Below, in pieces: positions 1-10,789 of a stretch of 64,000 bases of DNA. The notes below the pieces were generated by a model that saw nothing but the letters and a program-made list of their open reading frames with translations, was not told the DNA's origin and ran no database searches. Within the stretch, counting starts at the first letter, position 1; every line of letters starts with the position of its first letter. This DNA is from Paragordius varius (taxonomy: Eukaryota > Animalia > Nematomorpha): the NCBI GenBank assembly GCA_964247055.1, contig OZ176053.1:13640001-13704000 (forward strand), in the 5' to 3' direction. The translations under genes and the position numbers were made by a program.

Positions 1-75
1 ACAAAGTTTAACTTGAGTATTGATGCGACTTATTGATACGACTAGTTTTATACATAAATTTATAAAGTATCGTTG

Positions 76-188
76 TAAAAATCGGATATGAAAGAGTTTG
101 TCAAACTATCTCTATTATTTGATGTAGTCCTACTAAGAGAATGTATAAAAAATAATTTTGTTCACCGGTGACCAATATCCGATTTTTA
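76..188. repeat. 14-bp perfect inverted repeat within each monomer (taaaaatcggatat / atatccgattttta)
   Basis: Positions 76-89 and 175-188 are exact reverse complements. The pair is present in the large majority of monomers. Confidence 0.93.
158..175. other. GC-rich dyad ttgttcaccggtgaccaa (perfect core tcaccggtga, containing AgeI/SgrAI sites), once per monomer
   Basis: 18-bp palindrome with one mismatch. Other dyads per monomer: aagtt-t-aactt (4-14), agtttg-t-caaact (95-107), tagt-NNN-acta (125-135). Confidence 0.9.
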
Positions 189-382
189 AGGACAAAGTTT
201 AACTTGAGTATTGATGCGACTTATTGATACGACTAGTTTAACACATTAATTTTTAAAGTATCGTTGTAAAAATCGGATATGAAAGAGTTTGTCAAAATAT
301 CTCTATATTTTGATGTAGTCTTGCTAAGAGAATGTATAAAAAATAATTTTGTTCACCGGTGACCAATATCCGATTTTTAAGG

Positions 383-560
383 ACAAAGTTTAACTTGAGT
401 ATTGATGCGACTAGTTTAATACATTAATTTTTAAAGTATCGTTGTAAAAATCGGATATGAAAGAGTTTGTCAAACTATCTCTATATTTTGATGTAGTCTT
501 ACTAAGAGAATGTATAAAAAATTATTTTGTTCACCGGGGACCAGTATCCGATTTTTAAGG
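383..560 (+). repeat. Representative 178-bp (basic) monomer
   Basis: acaaagttt at 383 and at 561, with a single tattgatgcgact unit. Confidence 0.95.
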
Positions 561-2459
561 ACAAAGTTTAACTTGAGTATTGATGCGACTTATTGATACG
601 ACTAGTTTTATACATAAATTTATAAAGTATCGTTGTAAAAATCGGATATGAAAGAGTTTGTCAAACTATCTCTATTATTTGATGTAGTCTTACTAAGAGA
701 ATGTATAAAAAATTATTTTGTTCACCGGGGACCAGTATCCGATTTTTAAGGACAAAGTTTAACTTGAGTATTGATGCGACTTATTGATACGACTAGTTTT
801 ATACATAAATTTATAAAGTATCGTTGTAAAAATCGGATATGAAAGAGTTTGTCAAACTATCTCTATTATTTGATGTAGTCCTACTAAGAGAATGTATAAA
901 AAATAATTTTGTTCACCGGTGACCAATATCCGATTTTTAAGGACAAAGTTTAACTTGAGTATTGATGCGACTTATTGATACGACTAGTTTAACACATTAA
1001 TTTTTAAAGTATCGTTGTAAAAATCGGATATGAAAGAGTTTGTCAAAATATCTCTATATTTTGATGTAGTCTTGCTAAGAGAATGTATAAAAAATAATTT
1101 TGTTCACCGGTGACCAATATCCGATTATTAAGGACAAAGTTTAACTTGAGTATTGATGCGACTTATTGAGACTAGTTTTATACATTAATTTATAAAGTAT
1201 CGTTGTGAAAATCGGATATGAAAGAGTTTGTCAAACTATCTCTATATTTTGATGTAGTCTTACTAAGAGAATGTATAAAAAATAATTTTGTTCACCGGTG
1301 ACCAATATCCGATTTTTAAGGACAAAGTTTAACTTGAGTATTGATGCGACTTATTGATACGACTAGTTTTATACATTAATTTATAAAGTATCGTAGTAAA
1401 AATCGGATATGAAAGAGTTTGTCAAACTATCTCTATATTTTGATGTAGTCTTGCTAAGAGAATGTATAAAAAATAATTTTGTTCACCGGTGACCAATATC
1501 CGATTTTTAAGGACAAAGTTTAACTTGAGTATTGATGCGACTTATTGATACGACCAGTTTTATACATTAGTTTATAAAGTATCGTTGTGAAAATCGGATA
1601 TGAAAGAGTTTGTCAAACTATCTCTATATTTTGATGTAGTCTTACTAAGAGAATGTATAAAAAATAATTTTGTTCACCGGTGACCAATATCCGATTTTTA
1701 AGGACAAAGTTTAACTTGAGTATTGATGCGATTTATTGATACGACTAGTTTTATACATTAATTTTTAAAGTATCATTGTAAAAATCGGATATGAAATAGT
1801 TTGTCAAACTATCACTATATTTTGATGTAGTCTTACTAAGAGAATGTATAAAAAATAATTTTGTTCACCGGTGACCAATATCCGATTTTTAAGGACAAAG
1901 TTTAACTTGAGTATTGATGCGACTTATTGATACGACTAGTTTTATACATTAATTTTTAAAGTATCATTGTAAAAATCGGATATGAAATAGTTTGTCAAAC
2001 TATCACTATATTTTGATGTAGTCTTACTAAGAGAATGTATAAAAAATAATTTTGTTCACCGGTGACCAATATCCGATTTTTAAGGACAAAGTTTAACTTG
2101 AGTATTGATGCGACTTATTGATACGACTAGTTTTATACATTAATTTATAAAGTATCGTTGTGAAAATCGGATATGAAAGAGTTGGTCAAACTATCTCTAT
2201 ATTTTGATGTAGTCTTGCTAAGAGAATGTATAAAAAATAATTTTGTTCACCGGTGACCAATATCCGATTTTTAAGGACAAAGTTTAACTTGAGTATTGAT
2301 GCGACTAGTTTAATACATTAATTTTTAAAGTATCGTTGTAAAAATCGGATATGAAAGAGTTTGTCAAACTATTACTATATTTTGATGTAGTCTTACTAAG
2401 AGAATGTATAAAAAATTATTTTGTTCACCGGTGACCAATATCCGATTTTTAAGGACAAA

Positions 2460-5400
2460 GTTTAACTTGAGTAATCATGCGACTAGTTTAACACATTAAT
2501 TTTTAAAGTATCGTTGTAAAAATCGGATATGAAAGAGTTTGTCAAACATCTCTGTATTTTGATGTAGTCTTACTAAGAGAATGTATAAGAAATAATTTTG
2601 TTCACCGGTGACCAATATCCGATTTTTAAGGACAAAGTTTAACTTGAGTATTGATGCGACTTAATACGACAAGTTTTATACATTAATTTATAAAGTATCG
2701 TAGTAAAAATCGGATATGAAAGAGTTTGTCAAACTATCTCTATATTTTGATGTAGTCTTGCTAAGAGAATGTATAAAAAATAATTTTCACCGGTGACCAA
2801 TATCCGATTTTTAAGGACAAAGTTTAACTTGAGTATTGATGCGACTTATTGATACGACTAGTTTTATACATTAATCTATAAAGTATCGTTGTGAAAATCG
2901 GATATGAAAGAGTTTGTCAAACTATCTCTATATTTTGATGTAGTCTTACTAAGAGAAAGTATAAAAAATAATTTTGTTCACCGGTGACCAATATCCGATT
3001 TTTAAGGACAAAGTTTAACTTGAGTTGATGCGACTAGTTTAATACATTAATTTTTAAAGTATCGTTGTAAAAATCGGATATGAAAGAGTTTGCCAAACTA
3101 TCCCTATATTTTGATGTAGTCCTACTAGAAGAATGTATAAAAAATAATTTTGTTCACCGGTGACCATTATCCGATTTTTAAGGACAAAGTTTAACTTGAG
3201 TATTGATGCGATTTATTGATACGACTAGTTTTATACATTAATTTTTAAAGTATCGTTGTAAAAATCGGATATGAAAGAGTTTGTCACACTATCACTATAT
3301 TTTGATGTAGTCTTACTAAGAGAATGTATAAACAATAATTTTGTTCACCGGTGACCAATATCCGATTTTTAAGGACAAAGTTTAACTTGACTATTGATGC
3401 GACTTATTGATACGACTAGTTTTATACATTAATTTATAAAGTATCGTTGTGAAAATCGGATATGAAAGAGTTGGTCAAACTATCTCTATTATTTGATGTA
3501 GTCTTGCTAAGAGAATGTATAAAAAATTATTTTGTTCACCGGTGACCAATATCCGATTTTTAAGGACAAAGTTTAACTTGAGTATTGATGCGACTAGTTT
3601 AATACATTAATTTTTAAAGTATCGTTGTAAAAATCGGATATGAAAGAGTTTGTCAAACTATCTCTATATTTTGATGTAGTCTTACTAAGAGAATGTATGA
3701 AAAATTATTTTGTTCAGCGGTGACCAATATCCGATTTTTAAGGACAAAGTTTAACTTGAGTAATCATGCGACTAGTTTAACACATTAATTTTTAAAGTAT
3801 CGTTGTAAAAATCGGATATGAAACAGTTTGTCAAACATCTCTATATTTTGATGTAGTCTTACTAAGAGAATGTATAAAAAATAATTTTGTTCACCGGTGA
3901 CCAATATCCGATTTTTAAGGACAAAGTTTAACTTGAGTATTGATGCGACTTATTGATACGACAAGTTTTATACATTAATTTATAAAGTATCGTTGTAAAA
4001 ATCGGATATGAAAGAGTTTGTCAAATTATCTCTATTATTTGATGTAGTCTTGCTAAGAGAATGTATAAAAAATTATTTTGTTCACCGGTGACCAATATCC
4101 GATTTTTAAGGACAAAGTTTAACTTAAGTATTGATGCGACTAGTTTAATACATTAATTTTTTAAGTATCGTTGTAAAAATCGGATATGAAAGAGTTTGTC
4201 AAACTATCTCTATATTTTGTATAGTCTTACTAAGAGAATGTATAAAAAATTATTTTGTTCACCGGTGACCAATATCCGATTTTTAAGGACAAAGTTTAAC
4301 TTGAGTAATCATGCGACTAGTTTAACACATTAATTTTTAAAGTATCGTTGTAAAAATCGGATATGAAAGAGTTTGTCAAACTATCTCTATATTTTGATGT
4401 AGTCTTACTAAGAGAATGTATAAAAAATTATTTTGTTCACCGGTGACCAATATCCGATTTTTAAGGACAAAGTTTAACTTGAGTATTGATCCGACTTATT
4501 GATACGATTAGTTTTATACATTAATTTATAAAGTATCTTTGTAAAAATCGGATATGAAAGAATTTGTCAAACTATCTCTATATTTTGATGTAGTCTTGCT
4601 AAGAGAATGTATAAAAAATAATTTTGTTCACCGGTGACCAATATTCGATTTTTAAGGACAAAGTTTAACTTGAATATTGATGCGACTAGTTTAATACATT
4701 AATTTTTAAAGTATCGTTGTAAAAATCGGATATGAAAGAGTTTTTTCAAACTATCTCTATATTTTGATGTAGTCTTACTAAGAGAATGTATAAAAAATTA
4801 TTTTGTTCACCGGTGACCAATATCCGATTTTTAAGGACAAAGTTTAACTTGAGTAATCATGCGACTAGTTTAACACATTAATTTTTAAACTATCGTTGTA
4901 AAAATCGGATATGAAAGAGTTTGTCAAACATCTCTATATTTTGATGTAGTCTTACTAAGAGAATGTATAAAAAATAATTTTGTTCACCGGTGACCAATAT
5001 CCGATTTTTAAGGACAAAGTTTAACTTGAGTATTGATGCGACTTATTGATACGACAAGTTTTATACATTAATTTATAAAGTATCGTAGTAAAAATCGGAT
5101 ATGAAAGAGTTTGTCAAACTATCTATATATTTTGATGTAGTCTTGCTAAGAGAATGTATGAAAAATAATTTTGTTCACCGGTGACCAATATCCGATTTTT
5201 AAGGACAAAGTTTAACTTGAGTATTGATGCGACTTATTGATACGACTAGTTTTATACATTAATTTATAAAGTATCGTTGTGAAAATCGGATATGAAAGAG
5301 TTTGTCAAACTATCTCTATATTTTGATGTAGTCTTACTAAGAGAATGTATAAAAAATAATTTTGTTCACCGGTGACCAATATCCGATTTTTAAGGACAAA

Positions 5401-6100
5401 GTTTAACTTGAGTATTGATGCGACTAGTTTAATACATTAATTTTTAAAGTATCGTTGTAAAAATCGGATATGAAAGAGTTTGCCAAACTATCTCTATATT
5501 TTGATGTAGTCCTACTAGGAGAATGTATAAAAAATAATTTTGTTCACCGGTGACCATTATCCGATTTTTAAGGACAAAGTTTAACTTGAGTATTGATGCG
5601 ATTTATTGATACGACTAGTTTTATACATTAATTTTTAAAGTATCGTTGTAAAAATCGAGTTTGTCACACTATCACTATATTTTGATGTAGTCTTACTAAG
5701 AGAATGTATAAAAAATAATTTTGTTCACCGGTGACCAATATCCGATTTTTAAGGACAAAGTTTAACTTGAGTATTGATGCGACTTATTGATACGACTTAA
5801 TTTATACATTAATTTATAAAGTATCGTTGTGAAAATCGGATATGAAAGAGTTGGTCAAACTATCTCTATATTTTGATGTAGTCTTGCTAAGAGAATGTAT
5901 AAAAAATTATTTTGTTCACCCAATATCCGATTTTTAAGGACAAAGTTTAACTTGAGTAATCATGCGACTAGTTTAACACATTAATTTTTAAAGTATCGTT
6001 GTAAAAATCGGATATGAAAGTGTTTGTCAAACTATCTCTATATTTTGATGTAGTCTTACTAAGAGAATGTATAAAAAATTATTTTGTTCACCGGTGACCA
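2460..6100 (+). repeat. Segmental duplication within the left sub-array, offset about 2390 bp (about 2460-3700 versus 4850-6100)
   Basis: Private variants tgccaaac, cctactag, tgaccattat (3161 and 5551) and ttgtcacactatcact recur in the same order. Confidence 0.8.
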
Positions 6101-6159
6101 ATATCCGATTTTTAAGGACAAAGTTTAACTTGAGTATTGATGCGACTTATTGATACGAT

Positions 6160-6219
6160 TAGTTACTCTTTCATATCTGATTTTTACAACGATACTTTAA
6201 AAATTAATGTATTAAACTA
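6160..6219. other. Head-to-head inversion junction with a 50-bp non-paired centre (6165-6214)
   Basis: The left arm stops at monomer position 47 (tagtt, 6160-6164). The right arm starts at monomer position 97 read backwards, and the matching 'aacta' is at 6215-6219. No inserted bases or clear microhomology. Confidence 0.92.
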
Positions 6220-7499
6220 GTCGCATCAATACTCAAGTTAAACTTTGTCCTTAAAAATCGGATATTGGTCACCGGTGAACAAAATTATTTTTTATACATT
6301 ATCTTAGCAAGACTACATCAAAATATAGAAATAGTTTGACAAACTCTTTCATATCCGATTATTACAACGATACTTTAAAAATTAATGTATTAAACTAGTC
6401 GCATCAATACTCAAGTTAAACTTTGTCCTTAAAAATCGGATATTGGTCACCGGTGAACAAAATTATTTTTTATACATTCTCTTAGTAAGACTACATCAAA
6501 ATATAGAGATAGTTTGACAAACTCTTTCATATCCGATTTTTACAACGATACTTAAAAAATTAATCTATAAAACTAGTCGCATGATTACTCAAGTTTAACT
6601 TTGTCCTTAAAAATCGGATATTGATCACCGGTGAACAAAATAATTTTTTATACATTCTCTTAGTAAGACTACATTAAATTATAGAGATAGTTTGACAAAC
6701 TCTTTCATATCCGATTTTTACAACGATACTTTAAAAATTATGGTATTAAACCAGTCGCATCAATACTCAAGTTAAACTTTGTCCTTAAAAATCGGATATT
6801 GGTCACCGGTGAACAAAATTATTTTTTAAACATTCTCTTAGCAAGACTACATCAAAATATAGAGATAGTTTGACAAACTCTTTTATATCCGATTTTTGCA
6901 ACGATACTTTAAATTAATGTATAAAACTAGTCGTATCAATAAGTCGCATCAATACTCAAGTTAAACTTTGTCCTTAAAAATCGGATATTGGTCACCGGTG
7001 AACAAAATAATTTTTTATACATTCTCTTAGTAAGACTACATCAAAATATAGAGATAGTTTGACAAACTCTTTCATATCCGATTTTTACAACGATACTTTA
7101 AAAATTATGGTATAACCAGTCGCATCAATACTCAAGTTAAACTTTGTCCTTAAAAATCGGATATTGGTCACCGGTGAAAAAATAATTTTTTATACATTCT
7201 CTTAGTAAGACTACATCAAAATATAGAGATAGTTTGACAAACTCTTTCATATCCGATTTTTACAACGATACTTTAAAAATTAATGTGTTAAACTAGTCGC
7301 ATCAATACTCAAGTTAAACTTTGTCCTTAAAAATCGGATATTGGTCACCGGTGAAAAAATTATTTTTTATACATTCTCTTAGTAAGACTACATCAAAATA
7401 TAGAGATATTTTGACAAACTCTTTCATATCCGATTTTTACAACGATACTTTAAAAATTAATGTGTTAAACTAGTCGCATCAATACTCAAGTTAAACTTT

Positions 7500-7800
7500 G
7501 TCCTTAAAAATCGGATATTGGTCACCAGTGATCAAATGTTTTTTTAATACTTTCTCTTAGTAAGACTACATCTGAATATAGTGATAGTTTGACAAACTCT
7601 TTCATATCCGATTTTTACAACGATACTTTAAAGATTAATGAAAAAAACTAGTCGTATCAATAAATCGCATCAATACTCAAGTTATTTGTCCTTAAAAATC
7701 CGATATTGGTCACCGGTGAACAAAATAATTTTTTATACATTCTCTTAGTAACACTACATGAAATTATAGAGATAGTTTGACCTCTTTCATATCCGATTTT
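7500..7800 (-). repeat. Patch of the most diverged monomers seen in the window
   Basis: Examples: gtcaccagtgatcaaatgtttttttaatactttctc, tctgaatatagtgat, aagattaatgaaaaaaacta, gttatttgtc (3-bp deletion), gtttgacctc (3-bp deletion). Confidence 0.75.
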
Positions 7801-10789
7801 TACAACGATACTTTAAAAATTAATGTATTAAACTAGTCGCATCAATACTCAAGTTAAACTTTGTCCTTAAAAATCGGATATTGGTCACCGGTGAACAAAA
7901 TTATTTTTTATACATTCTCTTAGCAAGACTACATCAAAATATAGAGATAGTTTGACAAACTCTTTCATATCCGATTTTCACAACGATACTTTATAAATTA
8001 ATGTATAAAACTAGTCGTATCAATAAGTCGCATCAATACTCAAGTTAAACTTTGTCCTTAAAAATCGGATATTGGTCACCGGTGAACAAAATAATTTTTT
8101 ATACATTCTCTTAGTAAGACTACATCAAAATATAGAGATAGTTTGACAAACTCTTTCATATCCGATTTTTACTACGATACTTTATAAATTAATGTATAAA
8201 ACTAGTCGTATCAATAAGTCGCATCAATACTCAAGTTAAACTTTGTCCTTAAAAATCGGATATTGGTCACCGGTGAACAAAATTATTTTTTATACATTCT
8301 CTTAGTAAGACTACATCAAAATATAGAGATAGTTTGACAAACTCTTTCATATCCGATTTTTACAACGATACTTTAAAAATTAATTTATAAAACTAGTCGC
8401 ATGATTACTCAAGTTAAACTTTGTCCTTAAAAATCGGATATTGGTCACCGGTGAACAAAATTATTTTTTATACATTCTCTTAGTAAGACTACATCAAAAT
8501 ATAGAGATAGTTTGACAAACTCTTTCATATCCGATTTTTACAACGATACTTTATAAATTAATGTATAAAACTAGTCGCATGATTACTCAAGTTAAACTTT
8601 GTCCTTAAAAATCGGATATTGGTCACCGGTGAACAAAATTATTTTTTATACATTCTCTTAGTAGGACTACATATAAATATAGAGATAGTTTGGCAAACTC
8701 TTTCATATCCGATTTTTACAACAATACTTTAAAAATTAATGTATAAAACTAGTCGCATGATTACTCATGTTAAACTTTGTCCTTAAATATCGGATATTGG
8801 TCACCGGTGAACAAAATAATTTTTTATACATTCTCTTAGTAAGAGTACATCAAAATACAGAGATAGTTTGGCAAACTCTTTCATATCCGATTTTTACAAG
8901 GATACTTTAAAAATTAATGTATTAATCTAGTCGCATCAATACTCAAGTTAAACTTTGTCCTTAAAAATCAATATTGGTCACCGGTGAACAAAATAATTTT
9001 TTATACATTCTCTTAGCAAGACTACATCAAATTATAGAGATAGTTTGACAAACTCTTTCATATCCGATTTTTACAACGATACTTTATAAATTAATGTATT
9101 AAACTAGTCGCATCAATAAGTCGCATCAATACTCAAGTTAAACTTTGTCCTTAAAAATCGGATATTGGTCAACGGTGAACAAAATAATTTTTTATACATT
9201 CTCTTAGTAAGACTACATCAAAATATAGAGATAGTTTGACAAACTCTTTAATATCCGATTTTTACTACGATACTTTATAAATTAATGTATAAAACTAGTC
9301 GTATCAAAAAGTCGCATCAATACTCAAGTTAAACTTTGTCCTTGAAAATCGGATATTGGTCACCGTGGAATAAAATTATTTTTTATACATTCTCTTAGTA
9401 AGACTACATCAAAATATAGAGATAGTTTGACAAACTCTTTCTATCCGATTTTTCTAACCATACTTTAAAAATTAATCTATAAAACTAGTCGCATGATTAC
9501 TCAAGTTAAACTTTGTCCTTAAAAATCGGATATTGGTCACCGGTGAACAAAATAATTTTTTATACATTCTCTTAGTAAGACTACATTAAATTATAGAGAT
9601 AGTTTGACAAACTCTGTCATATCCGATTTTTACAACGATACTTTAAAAATTATGGTATTAAACCAGTCGCATCAATACTCAAGTTAAACTTTGTCCTTAA
9701 AAATCGGATATTGGTCACCGGTGAACAAAATTATTTTTTTTACATTCTCTTAGTAAGACTACATCAAAATATAGAGATAGTTTGACAAACTCTTTCATAT
9801 CCGATTTTTACAACGACACTTTAAAAATTAATCTATAAAACTAGTCGCATGATTACTCAAGTTAAACTTTTTCCTTAAAAATCGGATATTGGTCACCGGT
9901 GAACAAAATAATTTTTTATACATTCTCTTAGTAAGACTACATCAAAATACAGAGATAGTTTGACAAACTCTTTCATATCCGATTTTTACAACGATACTTT
10001 AAAAATTAATGTATTAAACTAGTCGCATCAATACTCAAGTTAAACTTTGTCCTTAAAAATCGGATATTGGTCACCGGTGAACAAAATTATTTTTTATACA
10101 TTCTCTTAGCAAGACTACATCAAAATATAGAGATAGTTTGACAAACTCTTTCATATCCGATTTTTACAACGATACTTTATAAATTAATGTATAAAACTAG
10201 CGTATCAATACGTCGCATCAATACTCAAGTTAAACTTTCTCCTTAAAAATCGGATATTGGTCACCGGTGAACAAAATAATTTTTTATACATTCTCTTAGT
10301 AAGACTACATCAAAATATAGAGATAGTTTGACAAACTCTTTCATATCCGATTTTTACAACGATACTTTAAAAATTAAAGTATTAAACTAGTCGCATCAAT
10401 ACTCAAGTTAAATTTGTCCTTAAAAATCGGATATTGGTCACCGGTGAACAAAATAATTTTTTATACATTCTCTTAGCAAGACTACATCAAATAAGAGAGA
10501 TAGTTTGACAAACTCTTTCATATCCGATTTTTACAACGATACTTTAAAAATTATGGTATTAAACCAGTCGCATCAATACTCAAGTTAAATTTGTCCTTAA
10601 AAATCGGATATTGGTCACCGGTGAACAAAATAATTTTTTTTACATTCTCTTAGCAAGACTACATCAAATAATAGAGATAGTTTGACAAACTCTTTCATAT
10701 CCGATTTTTACAACGATACTTTAAAAATTAATGTATAAAACTAGTCGCATGATTACTCAAGTTAAACTTTGTCCTTAAAAATCGGATAT

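Larger units (their letters stand above)
1..191 (+). repeat. Representative 191-bp (long) monomer with a 13-bp internal tandem duplication
   Basis: tattgatgcgact (18-30) is followed by tattgatacgact (31-43). Short monomers have only one copy. Confidence 0.95.
1..6164 (+). repeat. Left sub-array, monomers in orientation A (about 33 monomers)
   Basis: 'acaaagttt' starts at 1, 192, 383, 561 and 752 (191/191/178/191 bp). The last forward bases are ...tgatacgattagtt, ending at 6164. Strand labels are arbitrary. Confidence 0.96.

Noticed and set aside
69-86. CENP-B-box-like motif atcgttgtaaaaatcgga
   Set aside because: It resembles TTCGTTGGAAACGGGA superficially, but has 10 nt between TCG and CGG instead of 7 and lacks TTCG and CGGG.
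76-188. Annotating the 113-bp inverted-repeat-bounded unit as a MITE
   Set aside because: The ends match no terminal-repeat family I recognise. The terminal TA could be chance in AT-rich DNA, and no dispersed copy can be seen here.
1-191. 10-bp phased A-tracts implying intrinsic curvature
   Set aside because: A/T tracts are abundant but by eye are spaced irregularly (about 7-14 bp). A periodicity or curvature calculation would be needed.
533-542. Shared accggggacc / ggtccccggt variant linking the left arm to 35353 and 37541
   Set aside because: It is a single substitution and the flanking variants differ, so recurrence is as likely as shared ancestry.
6100-6300. Junction as a fold-back sequencing artefact
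   Set aside because: Variants on the two arms are not mirrored, as a fold-back would require. A misjoin of two real arrays is still possible without read evidence.
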